From NCBI GenBank assembly GCA_964402785.1, contig CAYODQ010000001.1:18124-82123 (forward strand): 64,000 nucleotides of DNA, written 5' to 3'. Below the pieces are notes generated by a model. It had not been told where the DNA came from and did no database searches. It saw only the letters and a list, made by a program, of their open reading frames with translations. Position 1 is the stretch's first letter. Every line of letters starts with the position of its first letter. Shown here piece after piece: positions 1 to 10,759 of this stretch. The DNA is from an uncultured Planctomycetia bacterium (GTDB lineage Bacteria > Omnitrophota > Gorgyraeia > 2-02-FULL-51-18). Both the position numbers and the translations under genes were made by a program.

Positions 1-974
1 ATCATACGGCGATCGCGGCTTTGGGTTCAGACACGGGTGGGTCTATCCGTCAGCCGGCGGCGTTTTGCGGCGTGGTGGGTATTAAGCCGACTTATGGCCG
101 CGTGTCACGTTATGGTTTGATCGCGTTTGCTTCGAGTTTGGATCAAATTGGCCCTATCACCAAAGATGTGCGCGATGCGGCGATGATCTTATCCGTGATC
201 GCTGGGCATGATCCGAAAGATTCGACGTCTGCGGATGTGCCGGTGCCGGATTATACGACTTTTTTGGGCAAAGATATCAAAGGGATGAAGATCGGTATTC
301 CCAAAGAATACGTGGCAGAAGGCTTGAGTCCGGAGCTTCAAAAAGTTTTCAAAGCCGCCTGTGAGATTTTCAAAAAATTGGGCGCCGAGCTGGTGGATGT
401 GTCGCTTCCACACACCAAATATTCGGTGAATGTGTATTACATTGTGGCGCCGTCAGAGGCCAGTTCAAATCTTGCGCGTTTTGATGGTGTGCGTTTTGGG
501 CATCGCACAAAAGAAGCCAAAAATTTGACCGAGATGTATGAGATGTCGAGAGGTGAGGGGTTTGGTGCCGAAGCCAAGCGTCGCATCATCCTCGGAACGT
601 ACAGCCTTTCCAGTGGATATTACGATGCGTATTATCTCAAGGCGATGAAGGTGCGCACCAAGATCAAACAGGATTTTGATGAGGCGTATAAAAAAGTGGA
701 CGCTATTTTGACGCCCACGGCGCCGAGCGGAGCGTTTAAATTGGGTGAAAAATCATCCAATCCGATCGAGATGTATTTGTCGGATATTTTTACGATCGCC
801 GCCAATCTTGCTGGTGTGCCGGCCATCTCATTTCCATGCGGCGTGACAGAGAAGGATTCGCTTCCGCTTAGCATGCAGCTCATGGGTAAACCTTTTGACG
901 AAGGCAATCTATTCCGGCTGGCGCATGCTTTCGAGCAATCCACGGATTATCATAAAAAATTGGGAAATGTGTGA
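1..974 (+). CDS. gatA: Glutamyl-tRNA(Gln) amidotransferase subunit A, 5'-truncated at window edge (reading frame continues upstream of the listed ORF start at 21)
   Basis: Amidase signature [32 protein letters not shown]; frame is open from nt 3; gatB immediately downstream. Confidence 0.93.
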   Translation, partial: HTAIAALGSDTGGSIRQPAAFCGVVGIKPTYGRVSRYGLIAFASSLDQIGPITKDVRDAAMILSVIAGHDPKDSTSADVPVPDYTTFLGKDIKGMKIGIPKEYVAEGLSPELQKVFKAACEIFKKLGAELVDVSLPHTKYSVNVYYIVAPSEASSNLARFDGVRFGHRTKEAKNLTEMYEMSRGEGFGAEAKRRIILGTYSLSSGYYDAYYLKAMKVRTKIKQDFDEAYKKVDAILTPTAPSGAFKLGEKSSNPIEMYLSDIFTIAANLAGVPAISFPCGVTEKDSLPLSMQLMGKPFDEGNLFRLAHAFEQSTDYHKKLGNV

Positions 975-2416
975 TGGCTGAAAAGATTCTTGTTACCATC
1001 GGTCTTGAAGTGCATGTTCAGTTGGGGACGAAGACCAAGATATTTTGCAGCTGTGCAGTGGAATTTGGCTCAGCGCCAAACAAAAACGTATGTCCTGTAT
1101 GTCTTGGCCTTCCAGGGGCGCTTCCGGTGCTGAATCGCGAGGTTTTTGAGCTTGGTTTGAAAGGTGTCCTGGCTTTGGGCGGCACTCCTTCGAATTTAGT
1201 GAAATTCGACCGTAAGAATTATTTTTATCCGGATCTTCCCAAGGGCTATCAAATATCTCAGTACGATCATCCGATCGGCCGCGGCGGATTCATTGAAGTC
1301 ACGTCGCAGGACACTACCAAAAAGGTACGTATCAACCGTCTTCATTTGGAAGAAGACGCGGGGAAGCTTTTGCATGACCAAGTGCCGGATGCCAGTGTGG
1401 TGGATCTGAACCGTGCCGGCACGCCCCTGGCTGAGATCGTCAGCGAGCCGGATTTGGAGAGCGCGGAAGAAGCTTATGAGTATTTGAATTCATTAAAGGC
1501 CATCATGCGCGCCGCAGGCGTTTCGGATTGTGACATGGAAAAAGGCCAGCTGAGATGCGATGCCAATGTGTCGATACGCCGAAATCAATCGGATCCCTTG
1601 GGTCGCCGCGTTGAAGTGAAAAATTTAAATTCTTTTAAGGCTGTACGCTCGGCCATTTTATATGAGATCACTCGTCAGTCCGAAGTGATGGAGAGGGGTG
1701 AAGTATTGGCGCAGGAGACAAGGCTTTGGGATGACGCGAGGCAGAAAACGTTTTCTATGCGCTCCAAAGAAGAGGCGCATGATTATCGGTATTTTCCTGA
1801 GCCGGATTTGGTGCCGTTTTATATTAGCGCCGATAAAATAGAGCTTATCCGCAAAAATCTACCTGAGTTGCCAAAGGCGAGAGAAGAGCGCTTCGCGGCA
1901 GCCTACGGTCTGAGTGCATATGATGTCAAAATATTGAATTTAGACCCTGATGTTGCTGCGTTTTTTGAGTCTTGTGTCAAAAAAGGCGCCAAGGCCAAGA
2001 CGGTGTCCAATTGGCTGACGGGCCCCATAGCTGCTTTCTTAAATGCTCAAGGCTTGATATTTTCGGAGTGCAAACTCACGGAAGCACATCTCTTGGATAT
2101 GATCGCCTTGGTGGACGGGCAGAAGATCAGTTTCCAAGCCGCCAAAGAAAAGCTTCTGCCCGAAGTCCTCACACACCAAAAAGACCCTCAGGCCGTGATG
2201 AAAGAAAAAGGCCTCGAACAAGTTTCGGACTCCGGGCAAATTGACGGCTGGATATTGGAAGCCATACAAGCCAATCCCAAAGTCGTGGCAGATTTTAAAT
2301 CCGGCAAAGACACGGCCGCCATGTTTTTGGTGGGGCAGGTGATGAAAAAAAGCCAAGGCAAAGCCAATCCCATCAAAGTCAAAGAGCTGATGGTTGAAAA
2401 ATTAAACCAAGCATAG
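971..2416 (+). CDS. gatB: Aspartyl/glutamyl-tRNA(Asn/Gln) amidotransferase subunit B
   Basis: N-terminus [14 protein letters not shown] and C-terminal GatB/YqeY-like tail; GTG971 or ATG974 start overlapping gatA stop. Confidence 0.95.
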   Translation: MMAEKILVTIGLEVHVQLGTKTKIFCSCAVEFGSAPNKNVCPVCLGLPGALPVLNREVFELGLKGVLALGGTPSNLVKFDRKNYFYPDLPKGYQISQYDHPIGRGGFIEVTSQDTTKKVRINRLHLEEDAGKLLHDQVPDASVVDLNRAGTPLAEIVSEPDLESAEEAYEYLNSLKAIMRAAGVSDCDMEKGQLRCDANVSIRRNQSDPLGRRVEVKNLNSFKAVRSAILYEITRQSEVMERGEVLAQETRLWDDARQKTFSMRSKEEAHDYRYFPEPDLVPFYISADKIELIRKNLPELPKAREERFAAAYGLSAYDVKILNLDPDVAAFFESCVKKGAKAKTVSNWLTGPIAAFLNAQGLIFSECKLTEAHLLDMIALVDGQKISFQAAKEKLLPEVLTHQKDPQAVMKEKGLEQVSDSGQIDGWILEAIQANPKVVADFKSGKDTAAMFLVGQVMKKSQGKANPIKVKELMVEKLNQA

Positions 2417-2427
2417 CGTTTCTTCTT

Positions 2428-3588
2428 GTGAAAAATAAAACATCCTATATTTTGATCGGCATTTCTCTTCTTTTCTTTCCCGTCATCTTGTTTTTGAGCC
2501 CATCTTTTGCCGGTTGGCAAAATGGTTTTGGATCCAAGACGGAAGCGGATCAGATCGGAACCGTGATCGCGATGGTCAAAGAAGGTTATGTTGAGCCGGT
2601 TGATAGTTCAAAATTGGTGGCGGGGGCGTTGACCGGCATGCTCAAGACATTGGATCCGTATAGCCTTTATTTGGATCCGGCCACCTACGAGGAATTTAAG
2701 CGTGACGCGGGCGGCGAGTTTGGCGGAATAGGCCTTGAGGTTAGTATCAAAGGCGGCCCTCTTCATGTATTGTCGCCATTGGATGGCTCTCCCGCAGCTC
2801 TGGCGGGCCTTAAGCCGGGTGACATGATCTTGAAGATCGACGGCGTCGCCACCAAAGATATGTCGATGTTGGAGGCTGTCAAAAAAATGCGCGGCAAGCC
2901 CGGCAGCCATGTCAAACTCACGGTGATGCGAGAGGGTGAAAGTAAGCTTTTAGAGTTCGATATCGAGCGCCAAAAAGTGATTGTGGAGGGCGTGCGTGAA
3001 GCCAAAGTGTTGGAAGGCCAGGTCGGTTATATTCGTATCGCGGAGTTTCAGCGCTCGACCTCGGCTGATTTCAAAAAAGCACTTCACGCGCTTTTGTCTC
3101 AAAATATCAAAGCTCTGATCATTGATGTGCGTAATAATCCCGGTGGTTTATTGCACAGCTCATTGCAAGTTTTGGAAAATTTTCTTCCTGAGAAACATTT
3201 GATGCTGGTGACCAAAGGCCGAGATCCCAAAAAGAATCGCAGCTATTATTCACCGCGTAAAAAAGCGGGTGCTATCGAATGGGGATCCAAGCCCATCGTT
3301 GTCCTGATCAATCGCGGCAGCGCCAGTGGTTCGGAGATCTTGGGAGGTGCTTTGCAGGATACGGGTTTGGCCAAGCTTGTGGGCAGTAGGAGTTATGGAA
3401 AAGGCTGTATTCAGACATTGACGGCCTTGGATAAGGGCGGGGCTGTGCGTATCACCACGAGCCGGTATTATACGCCCAATGGCCGTCTCATTCATGAAGT
3501 GGGGCTGGAGCCGGATGTATCCGTGCCTGATAATAAAGACAATGAGGATGCTCCGCTCAAAGAAGCGCTCAGGATATTAAACGCATGA
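2428..3588 (+). CDS. ctpA: Carboxyl-terminal processing protease (S41 peptidase with PDZ domain), secreted
   Basis: N-terminal TM/signal, PDZ region (GGIGLEVS..LKPGDMILKIDG), S41 catalytic region (LINRGSASGSEIL..GKG); GTG start. Confidence 0.9.
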   Translation: MKNKTSYILIGISLLFFPVILFLSPSFAGWQNGFGSKTEADQIGTVIAMVKEGYVEPVDSSKLVAGALTGMLKTLDPYSLYLDPATYEEFKRDAGGEFGGIGLEVSIKGGPLHVLSPLDGSPAALAGLKPGDMILKIDGVATKDMSMLEAVKKMRGKPGSHVKLTVMREGESKLLEFDIERQKVIVEGVREAKVLEGQVGYIRIAEFQRSTSADFKKALHALLSQNIKALIIDVRNNPGGLLHSSLQVLENFLPEKHLMLVTKGRDPKKNRSYYSPRKKAGAIEWGSKPIVVLINRGSASGSEILGGALQDTGLAKLVGSRSYGKGCIQTLTALDKGGAVRITTSRYYTPNGRLIHEVGLEPDVSVPDNKDNEDAPLKEALRILNA

Positions 3589-4466
3589 AGCGCACCTTAA
3601 GATCCGTATTATCCGTGCTGTTCGTCGTGTTGGTTGCTTATGCTGTGGCACGCGGTTGTATCCAGAAAAAGCCCTTATTCGATCACCGCTCATATGAGGC
3701 ACCGGCAAAAGCGATAAAGATCAAAAAAACATCTCCAAAAAGCGCGCCAAAGCCTGCGCCCATCGTAGCGAAGGCCGTCCCTAAGCCGGCGCCTGCCCGC
3801 AGCGCCTCGGCCAAAATGGCGATCATCCTGGATGATTGGGGTATGAGCACTTCTCTCATGAAACAAGCCATAGACCTAAAAAGGCCGATCACCCTTGCGA
3901 TCATTCCTCATCTTGCGCACAGCGCCGACATTGCCAAATCCGCCAAGGCCAATGGCTTGGGAGTTATGCTTCATATGCCCATGCAGCCCAAAAATCTAAG
4001 ACAGCCCAAAGAGCCTTATACGATCACGACCCAAACCTCCGAAGAAGAAATAAATAAGCTTTTGGGAGATGCTTTGGCAACGATCCCTCATGTGGAGGGC
4101 GTCAACAACCATCAAGGTTCTGCCGCGACCAGCGATTTGCGCGTCATGAAAGCTGTTGTGGCTTATCTTAAAAAAAGAAAATTGTTTTTTGTCGACAGCA
4201 ATGTCATCGCGACCACGGTTGGGTGGAAGGTGGCGCGCGATGCGGGATTGCCGTATGCCAAACGTGATGTATTCATAGACAACGAAGCCAATGTCGAGTC
4301 GATCCGCGCACAGCTTAAAAAAGCAGAAGATAAAGCTTTGGCCAATGGCTCCGTTGTGGTGATCGGTCATGATAAAAGGGCGACGCTTGAGGCGATCCGA
4401 GATGCGATCCCGGAGATCGAAAGCCGCGGGATCGAGTTGGTGTTGGCTAAGGAACTTTTGCAATGA
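3585..4466 (+). CDS. Divergent polysaccharide deacetylase family protein (YibQ-like), N-terminal TM, Ala/Pro/Lys-rich linker
   Basis: MAIILDDWGMS..NNHQGS motifs typical of the YibQ/DUF610 family; ATGA overlap with ctpA stop. Confidence 0.72.
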   Translation: MKRTLRSVLSVLFVVLVAYAVARGCIQKKPLFDHRSYEAPAKAIKIKKTSPKSAPKPAPIVAKAVPKPAPARSASAKMAIILDDWGMSTSLMKQAIDLKRPITLAIIPHLAHSADIAKSAKANGLGVMLHMPMQPKNLRQPKEPYTITTQTSEEEINKLLGDALATIPHVEGVNNHQGSAATSDLRVMKAVVAYLKKRKLFFVDSNVIATTVGWKVARDAGLPYAKRDVFIDNEANVESIRAQLKKAEDKALANGSVVVIGHDKRATLEAIRDAIPEIESRGIELVLAKELLQ

Positions 4467-5482
4467 TCACGCTTGGGATCGAAACGTCGTGTGATGAGAC
4501 ATCCGTCGCCCTCGTCAAAGACGGGCATAAGATCCTTTCCAACGTGATCTATTCGAGTCTCAAAGAGCATAAACCCTATGGCGGTGTGGTGCCGGAGATC
4601 GCGTCTCGCTCGCATGTGGAGACGATCTTGCCTTGCCTGGAAGCGGCTCTTAAAAAATCTAAGACATCTCTTCAACAAGTTGATCTGGTCGCGGTGACTT
4701 GCGGGCCGGGACTGATGGGTTCGCTGTTGGTGGGATTTTCGGCGGCCAAAGCATTGGCGTATGCATTGGACAAGCCATTTGTTGGGGTCGATCATGTGAT
4801 CGCTCATGTGTATGCCGGTTTCTTGGCGGATCCAAAGCTGAAATTCCCATGCCTTGGTTTGGTGGTTTCCGGCGGACACACGCTATTGCTTAAAATGAAC
4901 TCTCCACTAAAGGTGGAAGTTTTGGGCCGCTCGATCGACGATGCGGCTGGAGAGGCATTCGATAAAGTTGCCAAAATCTTGGGCTTGGGGTATCCTGGTG
5001 GTCCAGAGATAGATCGTTTAAGCCGGGGCATTGATCCAAAAAAAGTAGTTTTTAGCCGGCCCTTTCTTTCTAAGCAATCACTTGATTTTAGTTTTAGCGG
5101 GATCAAAACAGCTGTTTATTATCATGTGCTGAGATCCAAAAAAAAGCCTGCCCTGAAAGCCAAAAAAGAGATCTGTTCAGGGTTTCAGGAAGCTGTGTGT
5201 GAGGTTTTGGTCAAGAAAGCATTGATGGCGGCGGGCGCAGAAGGGCTCAAGACCATTATTGTGGGCGGCGGTGTCAGTGCTAACAGTCGTTTGCGGCAGA
5301 TGATGCAGCAAGCGGCCAAAAAAGAAGCGATACAGGTCATATTTCCTGATCTCATCCTTTGCCAGGACAATGCGGCCATGATCGCAGCGCTTGGTTCGGC
5401 CATATTCAAGGCCGGGCACAAGGACAGTTTATCGCTGGGTGCTTATGCCCAGTTTAGCGAAAGATCACAACATGCAAATTAA
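4463..5482 (+). CDS. tsaD: tRNA N6-adenosine threonylcarbamoyltransferase
   Basis: MITLGIETSCDETSVALV, Kae1/YgjD family signature; ATGA overlap with upstream gene. Confidence 0.95.
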   Translation: MITLGIETSCDETSVALVKDGHKILSNVIYSSLKEHKPYGGVVPEIASRSHVETILPCLEAALKKSKTSLQQVDLVAVTCGPGLMGSLLVGFSAAKALAYALDKPFVGVDHVIAHVYAGFLADPKLKFPCLGLVVSGGHTLLLKMNSPLKVEVLGRSIDDAAGEAFDKVAKILGLGYPGGPEIDRLSRGIDPKKVVFSRPFLSKQSLDFSFSGIKTAVYYHVLRSKKKPALKAKKEICSGFQEAVCEVLVKKALMAAGAEGLKTIIVGGGVSANSRLRQMMQQAAKKEAIQVIFPDLILCQDNAAMIAALGSAIFKAGHKDSLSLGAYAQFSERSQHAN

Positions 5483-5843
5483 AAAAGAAGAAATGAACGA
5501 GTTTTTGACAGAAGACCTGATCAGTCTCAAAGAGGCAGCCGGCCTTCTGGAAGTAACCGAGGCAGAAGTCAAAGAGCTGATCGAAAAACATCGTGTTCCG
5601 TCGCATCAAGTGGCGGGAGCCTTTTTGCGTTTCAAGCGCAAAGAGATCGAAGGCCTCAAGAATAAATGGCGTATCGAACGCGAACTTTTCCCCAAAAAAT
5701 CGGATCATTTTGTGCATGAGGCATCGCTGGCAAAGGCTAGTTTTTTTGACCGCATTGCGGATTTTTGGCATTTCAACGATTTTTATATCCTTTGTTCGAT
5801 CTTGATCATGCTGCTTTTGTATGTTGTTCTGTCCTACCAATAA
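5472..5843 (+). CDS. Excisionase-family (MerR-like) helix-turn-helix protein with C-terminal transmembrane helix
   Basis: Internal ATG at 5472 (11-nt overlap with tsaD); LISLKEAAGLLEVTEAEVKELIEKHRVPSHQVAGAFLRFKRKEIEGL resembles excisionase-type DNA-binding domains; C-terminal hydrophobic stretch ILCSILIMLLLYVVL. Confidence 0.55.
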   Translation: MQIKKEEMNEFLTEDLISLKEAAGLLEVTEAEVKELIEKHRVPSHQVAGAFLRFKRKEIEGLKNKWRIERELFPKKSDHFVHEASLAKASFFDRIADFWHFNDFYILCSILIMLLLYVVLSYQ

Positions 5844-5905
5844 AAAGGCCATAAAATAAAAAGTCACAAAGTCACACGTTACAAGGTCATAATAAAAAAT
5901 AATCG

Positions 5906-8608
5906 ATGAAATATATTTTGTTGGATGGTAATTCGTTCTGTTACCGCGCCTTTTACGCGATCCGCGATCTTCGCACATCCAAAGGTGAGCCCACCAACGC
6001 CATCTATGGCGTGATCGTGATGCTGGAGAAGATCGTTAAACATATCAAGCCGGATGGCGTAGCGGTCACTTTCGACTTAAAGGGCCCCACCCATCGCCAT
6101 GAAAAATTCGATCAATATAAGATCCACCGGGCACCCATGCCGGGTGACCTGGTGAGCCAGATGCCCAAGATCAAGGAAGTGATCGAGGCGATGAATATCC
6201 CCATTTTTGAAAAAGAGGGCTACGAGGCCGATGACATCATCGCAACGCTCGCAACCCATCTTGAAAAAAAAGGCCACGAGGTTTTTATCGTCACGGGCGA
6301 CAAAGATATGATGCAGCTTGTGACCAAGAAAGTAAAAGTGGTCAACCCGCAAAAAGATAATCTGGTTTACGATGCGGCAGAGGTCACCAAAAAATTTGGC
6401 GTGGGGCCCGATAAGGTAGTCGAAATATTGGCGCTCATGGGGGATGCCTCCGATAATATTCCCGGCGTGCCGGGGATAGGGGAGAAAACAGCGACCACCC
6501 TCGTGACGGAGTTTGGCTCCGTTGAGAATCTTCTTAAGAATTTAAATAAGTTCGACGCTCTTTCCAAGCGCTATCCCAGGGTTTTTACGGATAAGCTGAA
6601 AGAGAATTTACAGAAACACAAAGAAGACGCGGTTCTTTCCAAAGATCTTGCCACCGTGATGCGCGATGTACCGATAGACTTTGATGTGGAAGGTATGCGT
6701 ATTCAGGAACCCAATCAAAAGAAGCTCACGGATCTATATCAACAATATGAATTTCGCACGCTGCTTAGGCACGTGCCATCAACCGAGCCCAAGAATGCCG
6801 ATGACAAAGAGCTGTCGTACCATCTCATCACCAGTAAAGATGGTTTTGAGGCGCTCAAGAAAAAGCTTTCTTCGCATAAAAAATGGGCTTTTGATTTTGA
6901 AACCACGGATGTTAACCCCATGATCGCAAAGCCTGTGGGAGTCTCATTTTCTTTTAAAGCCAGAGAGGCATTTTTTGTTTCTTTTGCAGGAGAACTCAAA
7001 GCCAAAGATTGCCTGCATTCTCTTAAGAGTCTTTTTGAGGACAAACATTTCTTAAAAGTCGGCCAAAATATCAAATACGAGATCATGATCTTGAAGAATT
7101 TTGACATCGATCTACAGGGAGTAGATTTTGACACTATGGTGGCTTCTTATTGCCTCAATCCCGCTAAACCCAATCACAATTTGGATGATATTGCCATGGA
7201 GCATCTGGGTGTGAGGATCACCGATATCGTGGAGCTGATCGGCACAGGAAAAAGTCAGATCACCATGGATCAAGTCGATCTCGACAAGCTTTATCGATAT
7301 GGCTGCCAGGACAGCGATGTGACGCTGAGGCTTTCAGATGTGCTCTCCCAAAAACTCGAAGAAAAAGACCTGATGACACTTTTTAGGGAGATCGAGATGC
7401 CTCTTGTGAAAGTGCTGGCCGATATCGAGTTTGCGGGTGTGGCTATCGATACTCAGATGCTAAACGATCTATCTCGGGAGATGGAGAAGAGTTTGGCCGA
7501 GCTGACCAAGACCATCCACAAAGAAGCGGGGGGTGAGTTCAATATCAATTCGCCCAAACAGCTGGCAGAGATTTTGTTTGAAAAGCTGGGCCTTCCTATG
7601 GTAAAAAAGACTAAGACAGGCGCATCCACGGACGTGGGGGTTCTTCAAGAGCTTTCCGAAATTCATTCTCTTCCCAAGGAAATACTTAAATTCAGAGAAC
7701 TTTCGAAGCTAAAATCGACCTACGTAGATGCCTTGCCGGAGCTGGTCAATCCCCATACAAAAAGGGTGCATACCTCCTTCAACCAAACCGTGACGGCTAC
7801 GGGCCGGTTATCCTCGACGGATCCGAATCTTCAGAATATACCCGTTCGTACGGCTGAAGGACGAAAGATCAGGCGTGCATTTGTGGCGGGATCGCCGGGT
7901 GCCGTGTTGCTTTCGGCGGATTATTCTCAGATCGAGCTGAGGGTATTGGCGCATTTGTCGGGCGATGAGAAATTGATAGAAGCTTTTAAAAAAGGCGCGG
8001 ATATTCACCGGTTCACAGCGGCGCTCATTTACAATGTCGATATCAAGGATGTGACCGACACTATGCGGTCTTCGGCCAAAACGGTTAATTTTGGCGTGCT
8101 GTATGGGATGGGCGCTTTTAGCTTGGCCAAAAGCCTGGGTATCAAGAATGATGCCGCCAAAGATTTTATCAAAGCTTATTTTGACCGCTATCCGAGCGTG
8201 AAAGCGTATTTGGATAGCTCGATCGAAAAAGCGAAAAAAGACGGGTTTGTTTCAACGGCGTTCAAAAGACGCCGCTATATTCCTGAGATCCACTCGAGCG
8301 ACCCTAGGGTCAGGAGTTTTGCGGAACGCACCGCGATCAATGCTCCGCTTCAGGGTACGGCAAGTGACGTGATCAAGATCGCCATGATCCGTATCGCAGG
8401 ACTATTCGAGAAAAAGGGGATCAAGACCAAGATGATCTCTCAGGTGCATGACGAGCTTTTGTTTGAAGGCCCGCAAGCTGAGATCAAGCAGATCGCGGAT
8501 CTTGTCCGAAGGGAGATGTCGGGTGCTGCGGATTTTGTGGTGCCGCTTGATGTGTCAGTGAAGATCGGGCCCAATTGGCTGGATATGAAAGAGATTGATA
8601 ATAAATGA
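5906..8608 (+). CDS. polA: DNA polymerase I (5'-3' exonuclease, 3'-5' exonuclease and polymerase domains)
   Basis: 900 aa; N-terminal FEN-like region, polymerase motifs RRAAKTVNFGVLYG and QVHDELLFE. Confidence 0.97.
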   Translation: MKYILLDGNSFCYRAFYAIRDLRTSKGEPTNAIYGVIVMLEKIVKHIKPDGVAVTFDLKGPTHRHEKFDQYKIHRAPMPGDLVSQMPKIKEVIEAMNIPIFEKEGYEADDIIATLATHLEKKGHEVFIVTGDKDMMQLVTKKVKVVNPQKDNLVYDAAEVTKKFGVGPDKVVEILALMGDASDNIPGVPGIGEKTATTLVTEFGSVENLLKNLNKFDALSKRYPRVFTDKLKENLQKHKEDAVLSKDLATVMRDVPIDFDVEGMRIQEPNQKKLTDLYQQYEFRTLLRHVPSTEPKNADDKELSYHLITSKDGFEALKKKLSSHKKWAFDFETTDVNPMIAKPVGVSFSFKAREAFFVSFAGELKAKDCLHSLKSLFEDKHFLKVGQNIKYEIMILKNFDIDLQGVDFDTMVASYCLNPAKPNHNLDDIAMEHLGVRITDIVELIGTGKSQITMDQVDLDKLYRYGCQDSDVTLRLSDVLSQKLEEKDLMTLFREIEMPLVKVLADIEFAGVAIDTQMLNDLSREMEKSLAELTKTIHKEAGGEFNINSPKQLAEILFEKLGLPMVKKTKTGASTDVGVLQELSEIHSLPKEILKFRELSKLKSTYVDALPELVNPHTKRVHTSFNQTVTATGRLSSTDPNLQNIPVRTAEGRKIRRAFVAGSPGAVLLSADYSQIELRVLAHLSGDEKLIEAFKKGADIHRFTAALIYNVDIKDVTDTMRSSAKTVNFGVLYGMGAFSLAKSLGIKNDAAKDFIKAYFDRYPSVKAYLDSSIEKAKKDGFVSTAFKRRRYIPEIHSSDPRVRSFAERTAINAPLQGTASDVIKIAMIRIAGLFEKKGIKTKMISQVHDELLFEGPQAEIKQIADLVRREMSGAADFVVPLDVSVKIGPNWLDMKEIDNK

Positions 8609-8734
8609 AGAGTTCGGGGTCCTGCCGCTGCGCCAGCTCGTTTTTCAGCAAGTGCTTCGCCTTGCCGAAAAACAAGCACTCTGGCTCCGCGTCACCCCTC
8701 ACTGCTGCTATTGGCTATTTGACATCTTTATAAT

Positions 8735-10147
8735 ATGAAGAAAAAAATCAATACCAAGGTAAAGAGTAAGATAAAAGTGTTGTTTGTCGCTTCTGAAGTG
8801 GCGCCGTTTGAAAAAACGGGAGGACTTGCGGATGTAACGGGGTCTTTGCCCAAGGCGCTCGCCAAGCAAGGTGTCGATTTTTTGGTGGTGATGCCCAAAT
8901 ATCGTGGCATTCCATGGCCTTGGAAGCGGATAGCACCAGGCATCCAGATCTATTTCTCTGAACACGAGGAGTATTTTAACCGAGCCGGTCTTTACGGCAA
9001 TGATCGCGGCGAATATCCGGACAACTTGGCTCGTTTTTCGTATTTTTGCCATGACGCGCTTGCAGCTTGTAAGCGGATGGGGTTCAAGCCGGATATTGTG
9101 CACGCGCATGATTGGCAGGCGGCTTTATTGCCGGTTTTGCTTAAGACGCAATACGCCAAAGATCCTTTTTTTGAGAATACTCGATCTATTTTGACCGTGC
9201 ACAACCTGGCCTACCAAGGACAATTTGCGCATCGTCAATATGGCCATTTGGGTTTGGATCCATCTTTATTTTCGATCGATGGATTTGAGTTTTACGGCAA
9301 GATCAATTTACTCAAGGCAGGGCTTTTGTTTGCGGATCGTATCTCGACGGTGAGCCCCACGTATGCTGAGGAGATGAAGACGTCCGAATTTGGGTACGGA
9401 TTGGACGGAGTGGTCAGAAAACGAGAGGCAGATTTGACGGGTATCTTGAACGGGATCGATCTGGTGATGTGGAATCCACAAAAAGACAAAAAGATCCCTG
9501 TTAATTTTTCAGCGGTTAATCGTGCGGGTAAAGCAAAGTGCAAAGAAGCGCTGCAGAAAATGTGTGGTTTTGAAGTACATCCTGATGTGCCGGTGTTTGC
9601 GATCGTCAGCCGCCTAGCGGAGCAAAAGGGTTTGGATCTGTTATCTGAGATCCTGGATACACTTTTGCTGAGGCGCGTGCAGTTTGTGATTTTAGGGGAC
9701 GGCGAAGAAGCTTATAAAACTACTTTTCGTAACGTCGCCAAACGCCACCCCAAAAACGCAGCGGCGTTCATGGGTTTCCATGCCAAAGAAGCACATTCGA
9801 TCTATGCGGGGGCTGATTTTTTTCTGATGCCGTCTTATTTTGAGCCATGCGGACTGGGGCAAATGATCAGTATGCGATATGGCACTGTTCCTATTGTCCG
9901 CAAAACAGGTGGTTTGGCGGATACCGTGGTCGATGTGGACGCGGATACAGTTTCGGGCAACGGTTTAGTATTTAAGGAAAAATCACCGGAAAAGCTGTTG
10001 CATGCGTGCGAGCGTGCCATACGGCTATTTCAAAATAAAGAGCGCTATGCTTGGGCGCAAAAAAATGCTATGAGCGCAGATTTTTCTTGGGAGAAAAGCT
10101 CAGTGGCGTATAAAAATCTATATCAAGAACTTTTGAGGGCGGCGTGA
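8735..10147 (+). CDS. glgA: Glycogen/starch synthase (GT5)
   Basis: KVLFVASEVAPFEKTGGLADVTGSLPKAL N-terminal motif. Confidence 0.93.
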   Translation: MKKKINTKVKSKIKVLFVASEVAPFEKTGGLADVTGSLPKALAKQGVDFLVVMPKYRGIPWPWKRIAPGIQIYFSEHEEYFNRAGLYGNDRGEYPDNLARFSYFCHDALAACKRMGFKPDIVHAHDWQAALLPVLLKTQYAKDPFFENTRSILTVHNLAYQGQFAHRQYGHLGLDPSLFSIDGFEFYGKINLLKAGLLFADRISTVSPTYAEEMKTSEFGYGLDGVVRKREADLTGILNGIDLVMWNPQKDKKIPVNFSAVNRAGKAKCKEALQKMCGFEVHPDVPVFAIVSRLAEQKGLDLLSEILDTLLLRRVQFVILGDGEEAYKTTFRNVAKRHPKNAAAFMGFHAKEAHSIYAGADFFLMPSYFEPCGLGQMISMRYGTVPIVRKTGGLADTVVDVDADTVSGNGLVFKEKSPEKLLHACERAIRLFQNKERYAWAQKNAMSADFSWEKSSVAYKNLYQELLRAA

Positions 10148-10731
10148 TGCAGGTGATCGGGGTGACGGGGAGTCTGGCTTGTGGCAAGTCAGCTGTTTCA
10201 AGTTTCTTTAAAAAATGGGGCGCTCAGGTGATCGATGCGGATCGCTTGGCGGCCGATTTGACCCGCAAGGGGACGCCGATCTATAAGGCGATCGTCAAGA
10301 TATTTGGGAGCGAATTTGTCCAAAAAAACGGGCAGTTGGATCGGCGGCGCTTGGCGGAGCGTGTTTTTAGCCATCCCAAGGATCTCAAAAAACTCAATGT
10401 CTTGATACACCCGAGCGTGATCTTGGAAACGTACAAAATAATCGAGAAATTCAAAAACAAAGATGGCCTTATCGTATTGGATGTTCCTCTTTTGTTTGAA
10501 TCTAAAATGGAGAAGCTTGTAGAAAAGGTCATCCTGGTGAGCTCAAATCAGCCCATGATCTTGCGGCGCGCCGCAGCTCGTGGGATCCCTCCAGCACTGG
10601 CTAAAAAAATATTATCATCACAATGGTCTTTGGCTCGCAAGGCCAAGATGTCTGATTTTGTGATCCACAATAATGGAACCTTGGAAGAACTCGAAGCCAA
10701 GGCAAAAAAAATTTTCGAGAATATTAAGTAA
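10144..10731 (+). CDS. coaE: Dephospho-CoA kinase
   Basis: P-loop GVTGSLACGKS; 195 aa; GTG10144/ATG10147 start overlapping glgA stop. Confidence 0.9.
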   Translation: MMQVIGVTGSLACGKSAVSSFFKKWGAQVIDADRLAADLTRKGTPIYKAIVKIFGSEFVQKNGQLDRRRLAERVFSHPKDLKKLNVLIHPSVILETYKIIEKFKNKDGLIVLDVPLLFESKMEKLVEKVILVSSNQPMILRRAAARGIPPALAKKILSSQWSLARKAKMSDFVIHNNGTLEELEAKAKKIFENIK

Positions 10732-10759
10732 ATCATAGTTTAACGGAGGAAGATCGAAG

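Noticed and set aside
3996-4879. Antisense ORFs 3996-4463 (-) and 4367-4879 (-)
   Set aside because: Lie entirely antisense to confidently assigned yibQ-like and tsaD genes. Products are Arg/His-rich and low-complexity.
5454-5978. Minus-strand 174-aa ORF spanning tsaD end, the HTH gene and polA start
   Set aside because: Antisense to three + strand genes, including the conserved polA N-terminus. No RBS, odd composition (FFFF runs).
8711-8734. TTGACA and TATAAT hexamers immediately upstream of glgA
   Set aside because: Spacing between them is only 4 nt and the TATAAT abuts the ATG. This cannot function as a standard sigma70 promoter for glgA as positioned.
8708-9109. Minus-strand 133-aa ORF overlapping the glgA start
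   Set aside because: Antisense to the conserved GlgA N-terminal motif.
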